Origin: Eledone cirrhosa
Lineage: Eukaryota
Direction of reading: 5' to 3'
Assembly (NCBI GenBank): GCA_964016885.1
Contig: OZ024764.1
Span: forward strand, 20,212,001-20,276,000
Length of the DNA: 64,000 bases
Part shown: positions 11,294-22,854 of the stretch, piece by piece
How the letters are laid out: each line of letters starts with the position of its first letter
Numbering within the stretch: the stretch's first letter is position 1
Made by a program: the position numbers and the translations under genes
The notes under the pieces: generated by a model
Database searches by the model: none
What the model was told of the DNA's origin: nothing
What the model saw: the letters and a program-made list of their open reading frames with translations, nothing else

Positions 11294-11686
11294 TTTATAT
11301 ACTACTAAAACTCTGTGATTGTGTCTTGTCTGTAATTTAATACAGCTAAAACAGTGCATAATGGGGAAATACTTTGAAAAGAATAAAACAAGTTTTGTAT
11401 ATAATGGAGCACAGGTTCCCAAGATACGGGGTTTTCTGGGTACCTTCATAAATATAGGGAGAGAAAGAGATAGTGGTTGTGAGAGTGAGGAGACAGATGG
11501 AAGAGAGAGAGAGAGAGCTGCTGGTGTTGTTTAATAAAATGTGTGCGTATATATATATACATATGTGTCTATATATATATATATATGTCTGTATATTTTA
11601 ACTATTTGAAAATTATTTTTAAGTGAACATGATTTTAAAATAATAGTTTTAATGGAACGTGACCCAACAGGTCGCGGGTGGTCTAG
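11294..11686 (+). mobile_element. Non-autonomous Helitron-like element
   Basis: Paralogues start A|TC (22459, 39536, 58026). GC-rich subterminal hairpin gacccaacaggtc(g/c)cggg, then CTAG|T at 11683-11686. Confidence 0.7.
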
Positions 11687-12087
11687 TTTGTTACTAGATA
11701 TTAGAGGGTCATGTTGTTCTAGATGTGCTGGAAGAGCCATTCCATCTTGTGAGGCTCACACCAGCAGCTAGCCACCTCAGCACCTATGGTGGTATATTTA
11801 TTATCTTATTTATTCTTTATCATTAACATTAATATAAAAGATAATTATATATTTTTAAAGAAGAACCTATAATTTTATATAGCTTAGGGCTTCAGTTGGT
11901 AAAAGTCTGCCCTTGCTTGTCTTGTATTTTTTAGGGGAGAAGTTAGGGAATACTGTTATTGTGTGAAAGTTTTCTAAATCTTCTTCAGCCACTAACATGG
12001 AGAAGATATTTCAGTAAGAAGGTTCACATCCTGACATCTATAGCTGTTAACAATGAGATTGGAATTCATTATTAAACAAATGTTATA

Positions 12088-12950
12088 TCATCATCACTGT
12101 TTTACATCAGTTTTTCCACGCTGGCATGGGTTAGACGAGTTATCCTGTTGTAAGCAATGCCAGGTCAGGTGACCACGTGTTGCTCCTACAGAACAAATTT
12201 TGGATTGGTTTCTACAGCTGGATGCCCTTCCTAGCACCAACCTTATTTACATTGAGTACTGGGTGCATTTTACCATCTTACCATCACGACCACTTTACAG
12301 TGTGCGCTGGGTGCTTTTTGTTGTGACACCTACATGACCACTTTACAGTTTGGACTGGGTGCTTTTTGTCGTGACACCTACATGACCACTTTATAGTGTG
12401 GACTGGGTACTTTTTGTGTGACACCAACATGACCATTTTAAAGTTTTGGCTGGGTACTTTTTGTTGTCACCTACATGACCACTTTACAGTGTGGGCTGGG
12501 TGCTTTTTGCTGTGACACCTACGCAACCGCTTTATAGTGTGGGCTGGTTTCTTTTTGTCATATCACCTACATGACCAGTTTATAGTATTGGCTGTGTGTT
12601 CTTTACAGTGTGGGCTGGTTTCTTTTTGTCATATCACCTACATGACCACCTTATAATGTTGACTGTGTGTTCTCTGCAGTGTGGGTTGGGTGCTTTTTGT
12701 CATATCTCCTACATGACCACCTTATAATGTTGACTGTGTGTTCTTTACAGTGTAGGTTGGGTGCTTTTTGTCATATCACCTACATGACCACCTTATAATG
12801 TTTACTGTGTGTTCTTTGCAGTGTGGGCTGGTTTCTTTTTGTCATATCACCTACATGACCACCTTATAATGTTAACTGTGTGTTCTCTACAGTGTGGGTT
12901 GGGTGCTTTTTGTCATATCTCCTACCCAACCACTTTGCAGTGTGGGCAGT
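12088..12950 (-). repeat. RTE 3' UTR with expanded 48-bp and derived ~71-bp minisatellite
   Basis: catcatca tail and ctacagctggatgcccttccta match the reverse complement of the RTE 3' UTR. Unit gacacctacatgaccactttacagtgtggactgggtactttttgttgt. Confidence 0.85.
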
Positions 12951-12989
12951 GAAATATCAGTAATGCACCAGCTCCAATATTCAGTAATC

Positions 12990-13495
12990 AGAAGAAGGGA
13001 GGTAGGCATAAAAGCCAAACTTGCTGTCTTCAATTAGGTTTTTGTGCCAACCCTTACCTATGGTCACATATCTTGGGTAATGACCAAAAGAATATGATTG
13101 GGAATACAAGTGGCAGATATGGGATTCCTCTAAAGGGTCTTTGAAGGAACTTTTCTCAATAAAGTGCATAGCTCTGAGATCAGAGAGTCACTCCAGGTGG
13201 AGCTGTTACTTCTCCTAATTGAGAGATCACAGCTGCAATACTATGGCCATGTGGTTAGAATGTCTGAGGAAAGAATCACTGGATAGATTTTACAGGCAAA
13301 ACTAACCGGCAGGAGACCCAGGGGTAGACCTGAGCAAGATGGTTACATAACATCCATGAGCTTGGCTGGTCTCTCTGGGAGATCCAGCCAGATCAGTTGG
13401 AGTGGGTTGCTTCTGACAGGACCTGTTGGAGGGAGTGTTTGAGGACTCTGCCCCCAAGACCCTCTCTGGAATGACTGGATTAATAAGAAGATGTT
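12990..13495 (+). mobile_element. RTE (Expander-like) 3' fragment
   Basis: YGHISWVMTKR..IQVADMGFL and YYGHVVRM..TGRRPRGRP motifs. Paralogues at ~27555-28065 and ~59650-60160. Confidence 0.75.
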
Positions 13496-13782
13496 GAGGT
13501 TACATAATCAACATCAGATTTCCCTGCTAGCAAGGGTTTAATGAGTCTACTTCAACCAAGTAAGTACTGAAGTGAGGCTACTGATCTCCCAGACAGACCA
13601 AGGATCTGAGACTTATTTACATAAGGTCTCATTTGCTACTGAGTGCACAGAAAAGGTTGTCATGTCTTTGTCATGATTGAAGGGTTCTCTGACACTATTG
13701 TCGGGCAAGCTTTCTATGGCCAGATGTCCTTCACATGACCAACCACATTACAACCTGTGTTGGGTGTGTTTATCATGTAGGT

Positions 13783-15817
13783 GAGGCATAAGAAACTGAG
13801 GGTTCCCCAAGGTCCACATAGGTCACATGTGTTGTCTGAGGGTTGCACACTACAACTAATTATGTACACGACAACTAATTAGTCATTTAATAAAATATAT
13901 TGCAGAAAGATTTGTTACTTAAATTTAGAAACATACAATGTACATACAAATGTTTTAGCAGCATTCATGAATACAAAGTAATGAAGTAGTTTGACAAAAA
14001 ACTAAAATTTCACATGTCAACATATACTTGCAGATTGTAACAGCAACAAATACATTGTACACAAATAACAACAGTTGAAAACTGAACATTTATTTGCTAC
14101 TATTCAACCATTTTTAGTGTTTTGTCCTGAGGCTTGACACTTCTTTCTGTTGACAATGTTTGGTATGTCTGGCTGAAATGTCTGTACAGTTCCAACTTTA
14201 ATCAGAGATGACAAGTGTTGATCTGTCAGCCTTGTTCTCTGAGAAGTTTTTGTTAAGCTAAATACAGACTCAGTATGGGCAGTGATTTTCAGCTCTTTGC
14301 ACATAAGAAAATGTATTAAATTTTCATCTGACAACGGAGACTTCCATAAGCTAAGTTTTCTAATGAAGAACTTGATGTCATCATACAACTGAGTGATGGG
14401 TTTGTTTTTACCTTGTAATTTCAAATGAAGATCAGTTAATTGTGCAGTAATATCCACAACAAAAGCCAGATGTTGGAGCCAACTTTCATCTTTTATTTCA
14501 TCTGTGTTTTGACCTTTCATCTCCAAAAACAATTATTTCAACAAATAGAATCTTTTCAGCACTTTGTGACATGTCAACCAGCAGACTTCTGTGTAGAATG
14601 GAACATCAGTGAACTGATTATCCATATCTTCCAACAACTGGCTGAACTGACGGTGGTTGAGAGCACGGCCTCTGATTTAGTTCACTGTCTTTGTGACCAA
14701 GCTAAGCACATGATGCAATTTTAAAATCTTTGAATATAAATTTTGCTGATGAATAATAGTGAAAATGTGCAAATGATGAATCTAGATATGAGTTTTCTAT
14801 TTTTGTTTGTAACTTGGCAGCAACACCATTATGTCTACCAACCATATTTGCAGCACTGTCAGTAGATAAACATGCAAGTTTACTCAGATCAAAACCATGC
14901 AGACCCTGCTTGACCTTCTCAAAGATTTCCTGGCTTGTTATAGTGTCATGCTTGGGGACCAGTTCAATCAGTTCTTCATAAATATTAAATTCACTGTCAC
15001 AGGCCCTGATGAAGAATGCAAGCTGTACTATTCCAGTGATGTCAAGTCTCTTCAATAGCAATAGAAACATGTTCAAACCTTGATGATACAGCCTTTAACT
15101 GTTGTTTCAGATCACCTGACATTTCATTAATCTGTTCAGCAACAGTGTTCCTGGTTAATGAAATGTCTTTGAATAACTCTGCTTTCTCTGGACAATTTCA
15201 GCTGTTTTTACAAGACATTGCTTTACAAAATCTCCTTCACTGTAAGATTTCCCACTCATGGCAATCATTTGACTGAGTTCATAGCTTGCAGTAACAGAAG
15301 TCACATCCTCTTCCTGAATTAACATAAAACAGGTCTGTTGCTGTGTCAAGTTAGACTTCAATTCCTTGAGTCTTGAAACACACATTGGGCCTTCATATTT
15401 ATCGTAAGATCGTGGGCTTGTTTCATAATGTCTTTTTAAATTGTACTCTTTTGGCGTGGCGATGTAGTTGTTGCAAATTAAACAGAGGTATCTTTCTGTT
15501 CAGCGTTGAGCAAAAATACTGTAATTCCCACTTTTCTTGAAACACTTGCCCTTCTTCGTTCACTTTCCTTTTTCTCTTAGCTGGAGTAGCACTAACCATT
15601 TCAAAAACAAAATCTTTTGAAATTTTGAAAGAAAGTTTTCTGTTAATGAGCTGCACGTGATTAATGGAAGTTAAAAGTAGTTGACAAAAATTACACCAAA
15701 AAAACAATTGTATCGAAAATGTTCTAAATTTTATATTACGAAAATGAAACATGCTCGCACTGTAAAAACCTTTGTGTGGGCCGCAGGTTTGCTTGCAAAG
15801 GGCCGCATGTTTGACAT
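13783..15817 (-). mobile_element. hAT (Buster/SPIN, GTF2IRD2/EPM2AIP1-like) DNA transposon, decayed, internally deleted
   Basis: KRKVNEEGQVFQEKWELQYF, GKSYSEGDFVKQCL, QLAFFIR and LSTDSAANMVG motifs. Left TSD copy atgtaggt at 13775-13782. The right TIR is clipped in this copy. Confidence 0.88.
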
Positions 15818-15909
15818 AGGTTACCAACACTAGGGAGGGCAGCATGTCCTTCAGTGTGTTCTGCTACATTAACTACCAGGAGGTCACCACATGAGACAAA
15901 GACTACATT

Positions 15910-16330
15910 TCAAAGAGGGGTCATAAAAGAACTAAATACGAAAGTCCTCATAGCAAAAAGGAAATAATTGTGCTTTGGGTCTAGGTCAAGGGGCAGAAGT
16001 GCTGCGCCCTGTGGATAAGACTGCAAAAGTATTCGCCCCGGGTGATGGACAGTGACACCCACTGCAACAGCCACTCCAACCTCTTGGGGCTCCCTCTTCA
16101 GAAGAGCCACCAACGTTCTGATCTTACAGAGGAGCTTGGCAGTACGGGGTCCAAGTACTTCTGAGGTCTCGATGGTGACCGGTGTGAAGAGACCTACAAT
16201 TGATGTCATCCCAGTTATGTTGGACTGTAATATACTGGGGTATAGAGAGGCCTTAACCTGTCACAGCCGGGCCACCCAGGGTTGTGTCATCTAGGTACCA
16301 GACAGGGGTAACTAGACCATGTTGTCAACT
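15910..16330 (-). mobile_element. CRE-clade LINE C-terminal (restriction-like endonuclease) fragment
   Basis: FTPVTIETSEVLGPRTAKLLCKI resembles the F.PVA.ET.G..G motif of the CRE at 33930-33990. Paralogues at ~29918-30340 and ~62800-63210. Confidence 0.65.
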
Positions 16331-16620
16331 GTCAGCACCAATAGGAGTGAGGCGAGTGGGTCCCCTTGCTAGACACCATATATAAAACGTATTTGCTAAT
16401 TACTTTAATGAATAATTTGTTTCATACGTAATTATTACTTTTAACACAATAGGATTTTGTACACGTGTTTGTTTGAAAACATCTTTCAAAGAAGTATGAG
16501 ACAGTCTTTTGTAGTGTTTATTATAATAAATTACTGTATGTTGAGCTGATTTAACTTCTCCACCTTCTATTATTTTATATTGTTTTTGTAAAAAAACGAG
16601 ATCTTTTTCATATATATATA

Positions 16621-16835
16621 TGAAGGCGTGTGGCTGAGTGGTTAGAGAATTGGATTCGGAATTGTGAGGTTGTGAGTTCGATACCCAGACCGGGCGATGC
16701 GTTATGTCCTTGAGCAAGACATTTTATTTCACGTTGCTCCTTCTACCTGGAGTTGCGACCGATAGATAGTATTAGCAATTGGAAATACCAATGGAAACAT
16801 TGTTTCCTCGGTCCGATTTGACGAAAAGTCGATCA
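16621..16835 (+). mobile_element. tRNA-derived SINE
   Basis: A box tggctgagtgg, B box gagttcgatacc, core gtccttgagcaagac, flanked by (TA)n. Paralogues at ~30630-30830 and partial ~63400-63490. Minus-strand relatives at ~20310-20450 and ~42905-43078. Confidence 0.8.
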
Positions 16836-17132
16836 TAAAATATATATATATAAAGAGAGAGAGAGAGAAACACACAAACATACACTACTGTATTACATAT
16901 GTAAGGGGAGATAACTCTCGTTACATCCCCTCTTCTTTTTGATATACGTTCTTTAGATAATTTGTACAATGGAATCTGCTTTATTTTGTGTCCTAAGTAG
17001 ATTTCTGTTTAAGTATTTACGAGATTCACAATGATTCACGGAACCAAGTTACTTACATAGAGACATATTTCACATAGAATCACAACAAATGAAAATATTA
17101 AGTCAACACTCTGTCAATCAGTCTCACATCAC

Positions 17133-17600
17133 ATGGGGTGCCGGAGTCTCCCTCTAATACTTTCTGAGACAGTCTTACCTCGAGTGATAGCAAGGCTAAG
17201 ATGTTGGAACTACCAAACACCCTCATATGTATCACCTGACACCTCGGTAAGGAGAGCTGCCAACGATAACAAGAACCTCGTTGTCAGGGACCTATCTCCT
17301 CCAAACTTCTCCAACACCACAGACTAGAATATTCTACTCTTTATTCCCTATCAAATATATTTCAGTCTAGTCATTTATCTTGTATCTTGTATATGTATTT
17401 TGAAAACTAACTGTCACATTTGTAAGACCCCAGTTAGTGATGTTTTCGTCTCCCTGCCACATCCTACATGCTGTAGTAAAAGTGAGGGTCACTGCTTCTG
17501 CAGACGAACGAAATAGAAGTTATACCAGGTGATCTCTGTCAGGGTACTTAGCTTTTCAGGCAACTTAGCCTACATATGACCCGATCTTACAGGGTACTCG
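17133..17600. mobile_element. Pair of oppositely oriented CRE C-terminal fragments just upstream of the next promoter
   Basis: Minus strand 17133-17340 reads SVVLEKFGG..LTTRFLLSLAALLTEVSGDTYEGVW*FQHLSLAITRG. Plus strand 17420-17600 (better kept at 31400-31735) reads AVVK.RVTAS.DERN..YLFQSVMFEKLG. Confidence 0.65.
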
Positions 17601-17948
17601 ATTGATCCAGCACCCTACTATTTCTACCAACAAGTTATATCGAAGTATCAAGTGATACTCTTTTCAAGTCAAGACCTCCTCTGCTGTCCTCTGTCTTCCA
17701 ACTGCCCTGTTATTCTACAGACTCACGAAAGTGGACACCACCTGAGGAGGGAGTGGTTGGTGTAGTGGTCATCGCTGGCTATTGTCCGAGTGACACAGGT
17801 AAAATACACTACCTAGACTGAGGTGAAACGTCTACCGTCCATTCCTCACCACCAACACCTTACTTTCTCTATTTTAATTACATTTAGTGATTTCAACTTT
17901 CATTTTTCTATTACAAACTTTACATAATTTAATTCGGTAAAAATATTT

Positions 17949-18080
17949 TACGTCACAAAAAAATATTGAAGCATGCGCAGTGGTGCAGTTGTCGACTTCC
18001 TGTCCACGTGTTAGTCTTCCTACAACATCATTTAGACAACATTTCTGTAAATACTAAACACCTGAGACTATAATGTAAGT
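17949..18080 (+). promoter_or_regulatory. Putative promoter, exon 1 and donor (U2)
   Basis: Same motif cluster: GCATGCGCA 17971, CACGTG 18005, GTAAGT 18075. Confidence 0.62.
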
Positions 18081-18592
18081 ATTATGTCTATAAATATTGT
18101 AGATTTAAGCTCACTTTTCACGTCACAAATATATATTTTCTTGTTTGTTTCATTACTGGAAATATAAAATGTTATCGTAATTATCTATATTTTACCTACC
18201 TCTAATTAATTAAAGTGAAAACTTTTGTTGTTGCTGAAAAATATATTAACAAAACTAAATATTTAAATATTCTAAAGGTCGTTTTTATGTTATGTGATGA
18301 TATAATTAATATATTTTATTACAATTGTATAAATTTACAGTAGAATAACGTTGTAAATATGTTTTAAATATATACATAAATAACATAAGTGTGTAAATAA
18401 CATTATAAATTGCTGGCAATTCCTTGAGAAAGACATTACAAATATATTGTCTCAACTGTGTATAATAATATAATTTATTGAACAATAATGATAAAGGAAA
18501 GAAAAACACAGTGGGAGATGGCAATTCACCACCAAGTGTGATAATAGGTCACACCTCACACCTTAGGGGTTAACTACACACTGGCAGCATTA

Positions 18593-18912
18593 CTAAGGTG
18601 TTGAAATAACCAGGTACCCTCACGGGTATCACCTGGTACCTCGGTAAGGCGAGGCTAAGGTGTTGAAATAACCAGGTACCCTCACGGGTATCACCTGACA
18701 CCTCGGTAAGGTGAGGCTAAGGTGTTGAAATAACCAGGTACCCTCACGGGTATCACCTAACACCTCGGTAAGGTGAGGCTAAGGTGTTGAAATAACCAGG
18801 TACCCTCACGGGTATCATCTAACACCTCGGTAAGGTGAGGCTAAGGATCTGAAATAACCAGGTACCCTCACGGGTATCACCTGACATCTCGGTAAGGTGA
18901 GTCTAAGGGGCT
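18593..18912 (-). repeat. 62-bp CRE-derived minisatellite (~5 copies)
   Basis: Same unit as 1083-1678. Confidence 0.88.
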
Positions 18913-19671
18913 GAAACGACTAGATTTGTAGAAAAAGTAGGGTGAAAGTATACGAAGAGATGTAGTTTCACAGATCTACTCACACCTCACGTTGGGTGGG
19001 AAATAATTATTTTTCTTAGATTTTTTTCTAGACCCCTTTTCAATATTTTCTCTGAACCCCTTAGATACTTGCAATAGACGTTTTATTCCCCAGTATTAGG
19101 GTTAGGGTTTCCGTTTTCAGGAAGAAAAGTCGATTGCAAACATCTAAGAGGTCGAGAAAAATTATAAGGAAAGATAATTATTTCCCAGCCAACTGGAGAA
19201 GTGTGTAGCTCTTCTAAACTCCGATAATCCTGTCTCCCTCTTCTTTATCTACAAATCTAGTCGTTTCCTGCTACTTTGAAGGCCCTATTTATTGATAACA
19301 CCACTTGTAAATCTTTGTCAACTTTTCATACGTAAATTGTGAATCAGTTATTTTTAAACAAACTATCAAAGAAGTAATCTCACAGTAACTGTGTTTGATT
19401 TAATCAACTTATTCCCCCCCAAACATTGTCGACCTTGTGTCTAAATCAGAAACTATTATAAGATCTTAAATCAACCTCGTAAAGATGAAGGGCAAAGCTA
19501 ACCTCGGCGGGATTTCAACCCTTTATGTTATGAGTTCAAATCCCACCAAAGTTAACTTTGTCTTTCATTCTAACGGAGTGGATAAATTAAAGTTCCAGTA
19601 ATCTACTGGGGTCTGAGATATTAAGGTTTGAGTAGATTCTATCTTTTTGTGTGTTTGTATTTATAATCTTA

Positions 19672-20779
19672 CTAGAAACCCTGTGACCTGTTGGGTCGCG
19701 TTCCCTTTAAAAATAATTTTTAAATAATTAAAATATACACAGACATGTCTATAATCTAAAATGAGATTAGTAGGAAGGCCCATGTATATATATATATATG
19801 CGTGTGTGTATATATATATGTGTGTGTGTGTATATATATATGTCACAGACACACACACACGAGTCGCTTGTTATAATTTTAAAATTTCGTTCAACAACAC
19901 CAACAGCTCTCTCACACACCCATTATCTTTCTCTCTCTATTTATGAAGGTACCAGAAAAACCCATATCTCGGGAACCTGTTCTCTGATCTACGTGAAACT
20001 TATTTTATCCCATCTGTATTCCCATTTCAGGGTCAACTTCCTTTCAAACTATTTTCCCATTATGCCCCGTTTTGGCTGTATTACATTACAGACAAGACAC
20101 AATCACAGAGTTTTAGGTTTATAATGTGTGGTTAGAAAAAGCTATACCCTGCTTGCAAGGGTGGGACGGGAACTGATACTGGCTTGATTTCTACAGCTGG
20201 ATGCCCTTCCTAACACCAACCTCATTTACAGGGAGTGCTGGGTGCTCTTTTACTGTGGCACCTCCACGACCACTTTGCAGTGGAATGATAGGACTCCAGT
20301 CCTATCATCTCATTTCTACAGCTGAGTAAACTGGAGCAATGTGAAATAAAGTGTCTTGCTCAAGGAAACAACACATCACCCGGTCTGAGAATTGATCTCA
20401 CAACCTTTCGATTGCAAGGCCAATGCTCTAACCACTAAGCCATGTGCCTCCATGTATATATATATGCGTGTGTGTATATATATGTGTGTGTGTATATATA
20501 TATATGTGAGTGTCTGTCACAGACACACACACAAGTCACTTGTTATAATTTTAAAATTTCGTTTAACAACACCACCAGCTCTCTCTCTCTATTTATGAAG
20601 GTACCAGAAAAAAACCCATATCTCGGGAACCTGTGCTCTGATCTACGTGAAACTTATTTTATCCCATCTGTATTCCCATTTCAGGGTCAACTTCCTTTCA
20701 AACTATTTTCCCATTATGCCCCGTTTTGGCTGTATTACATTACAGACAAGACACAATCACAGAGTTTTAGGTTTATAAT
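19672..20779 (-). mobile_element. Helitron-like element plus a partial tandem copy, separated by RTE UTR and SINE pieces
   Basis: Full copy at 19672-20124 and partial copy at ~20450-20779. Each is followed by the same tgtggttagaaaaagc...RTE UTR sequence. Confidence 0.65.
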
Positions 20780-20834
20780 GTGTGGTTAGAAAAAGCTATA
20801 CCCTGCTTGCAAGGGTGGGACGGGAACTGATACT

Positions 20835-21083
20835 GGCTTGATTTCTACAGCTGGATGCCCTTCCTAACACCAACCTCATTTACAGTGAGTGCTGGGTGCT
20901 TTTTCGTGGCGCCTACACGTCCACTTTACAGTGTGGGCTGGGTGCTTTTTTGCGGTGGGGGCATATTGTCTATATGCTTCAGCTTGTACCCATGGGAGGT
21001 CGGGTACTCTGTATTACTGCGTGACGCCAGAGGTCACGGTCGTGTGTCATTGCCTTTGAGAGGTGTAATTGGGTATGGTTGGC
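20835..21083 (-). mobile_element. RTE 3' end fragment at the ZNF-deletion junction
   Basis: Reverse complement of ~26280-26560, fused at 21083 to the old RTE fragment that lies downstream of the ZNF in other units. Confidence 0.8.
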
Positions 21084-21264
21084 TTCTATCTACTGTACTA
21101 TTCCATCACCAAGGCAACATTCATCTGGCTGGCAGCTTACATCAACTACAGATCTCATCAGTGGTTCACAACAGGCTGTCTGAAAGAAACTTCCAGATAT
21201 CTTCTATGTCATAGCTATCAATCTCCTCCTCCTTATCATATGTATCATGTAGAACATCTCTGAA

Positions 21265-21670
21265 TTTATATTTAAGAGGGAGATCTTTTACTGTCCCTAC
21301 CCTTTTGTTAGATTGTCTTGTACCTCTCTCACAGTCCCTCTAGATCTTATATTTAACAGGGAGATCTTTTACTGTCCTAACCCCTTTTGTTAGATTGTCT
21401 TGTACCTCTCTCACAGTCCCTCTAGATCTTATATTTAACAGGGAGATATTTTACTATCCCTACCCTTTTCTCTAGGTTGTCTTATACCTCTCTCACAGTC
21501 CTTCTAGATTTTATATTTAACAGGGAGATCTTTTACTATCCCTACCCTTTATTTAGGTTGTCTTGTACCACCCTCACAGTCCCTCTAGATCTTATATTTA
21601 ACAGGGAGATCTTTTACTCTCCAACCCTTCTATCTCCAGATAGTCTTGTATCTGTCAGTCCCTCTAGATC
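21265..21670. repeat. 82-bp RTE-derived minisatellite (~5 copies)
   Basis: Same unit as 9710-10505. Confidence 0.88.
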
Positions 21671-21963
21671 TTACACCTAGTATCTAGTCTATGTTGAGTG
21701 GTACGTCCTTCTCCAGTAAAGGAGTTAATATTCCCAACCATCTGTCTATCCTGTTTTCTGATGAGAATGAAGTCAATCTAGTTTATCTCTTCACCTGATT
21801 GAAGTAACTAGATCAAGTAACTAGATGTTTTCCTGTAAGTTAGTGTTGCAGTGTTTGTGTCACCATGTAAGGTTTATATCTATTAATATAGAGATGTAGT
21901 AAAGTTTTCACTGTTGTATCTCTATTTTCTAAATATCTTAATAATGTTTTTCTACTATTTCAG

Positions 21964-22420
21964 AATATCACATGACCTTGACAGAAAAGAGTCTTTTAAA
22001 GACAACAGAAAGATGTTACATACAAGTGATATAAACTTGTTTAGTCTGTGGTGAATTATGGTGAAATATTTCTTCTGAATTGAGATAAATAACAACATAT
22101 TCCTTTTTCACTGTCTGGAATATTTACAAGATGATTTTACATTCTGATTGAACTTTGGATATTTACAAAGGAGTTTTCAAAATATTTGGATATTGACAAA
22201 GATCACATTTGATAAAATTATGAACAATAGAAATATTTACATCAACATAGGAATATTTTCCATAGAGATGGGAAAATCATTATACCACTGTAATATTTGT
22301 GGTAAAGTATTCTCTCTTCTTTATATGTAGAACATCTAACTAAACACTTTAACTAACAAACTATTGTGCTATAGAATTGACAAACTTGAAGAATGTTTAA
22401 TAAATGTTACAGATTTCTCC
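21964..22420 (+). pseudogene. Decayed ZNF stub exon (U2), micro-ORF 22268-22330 MGKSLYHCNICGKVFSLLYM*
   Basis: Acceptor at 21963. Half finger CNICGK followed by out-of-frame EHLTKH. AATAAA at ~22399. Confidence 0.68.
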
Positions 22421-22458
22421 AAACTGTCGTTTACTAACTTTAATTTGAAACTATATTA

Positions 22459-22854
22459 TCTATATACTACTAAAACTATGTGATTGTGTATTGTCTGTAA
22501 TTTAATACAGCTAAAACAGTGCATAATGGGGAAATACTTTGAAAAGAATAAAACAAGTTTTATATAAATTGGAGCACAGGTTCCCAAGATACGGGGTTTT
22601 CTGGGTACCTTCATAAATATAGGGAGAGAAAGAGATAGTGGTTGTGAGAGTGTGGATTGAAAAGGAGATGGATGGAAAGGGGAAGAGAGAGAGAGAGAGA
22701 GCTGGTGGTGATGTTTAATAAAATGCGTGTGTATATATGTGTCTATATATATATATGTCTATATTTTAACTATTTGAAAATTATTTTTAAGTGAACATGA
22801 TTTAAAAAAAATAGTTTTAAGGGAACGTGACCTAACAGGTCCCGGGTGGTCTAG
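22459..22854 (+). mobile_element. Non-autonomous Helitron-like element
   Basis: A|TC start, subterminal hairpin, CTAG|T end. Confidence 0.72.

Larger units (their letters stand above)
1..17875 (+). repeat. Segmental duplication unit U1 (complete: promoter, ZNF exon, stub exon)
   Basis: Promoter core gcatgcgcagtggtgcagttgtcgacttcctgtccacgtg at 92 recurs at 17971 and 31845. Downstream blocks recur collinearly in U2-U4. Confidence 0.92.

Noticed and set aside
14104-15620. Domesticated GTF2IRD2/EPM2AIP1-like host gene (likewise a TIGD1-like gene at 41012-42553)
   Set aside because: Multiple stops and frameshifts with TIRs (and a TSD for the hAT) retained, so these are dead transposons.
16621-16700. 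tRNA gene
   Set aside because: A and B boxes are present but there is no convincing cloverleaf, and the sequence continues into a SINE body with degenerate copies.
17133-17327. 64-aa plus-strand ORF conserved at 17133, 31125 and 63789
   Set aside because: Antisense shadow of a CRE fragment. Identity reflects segmental duplication.
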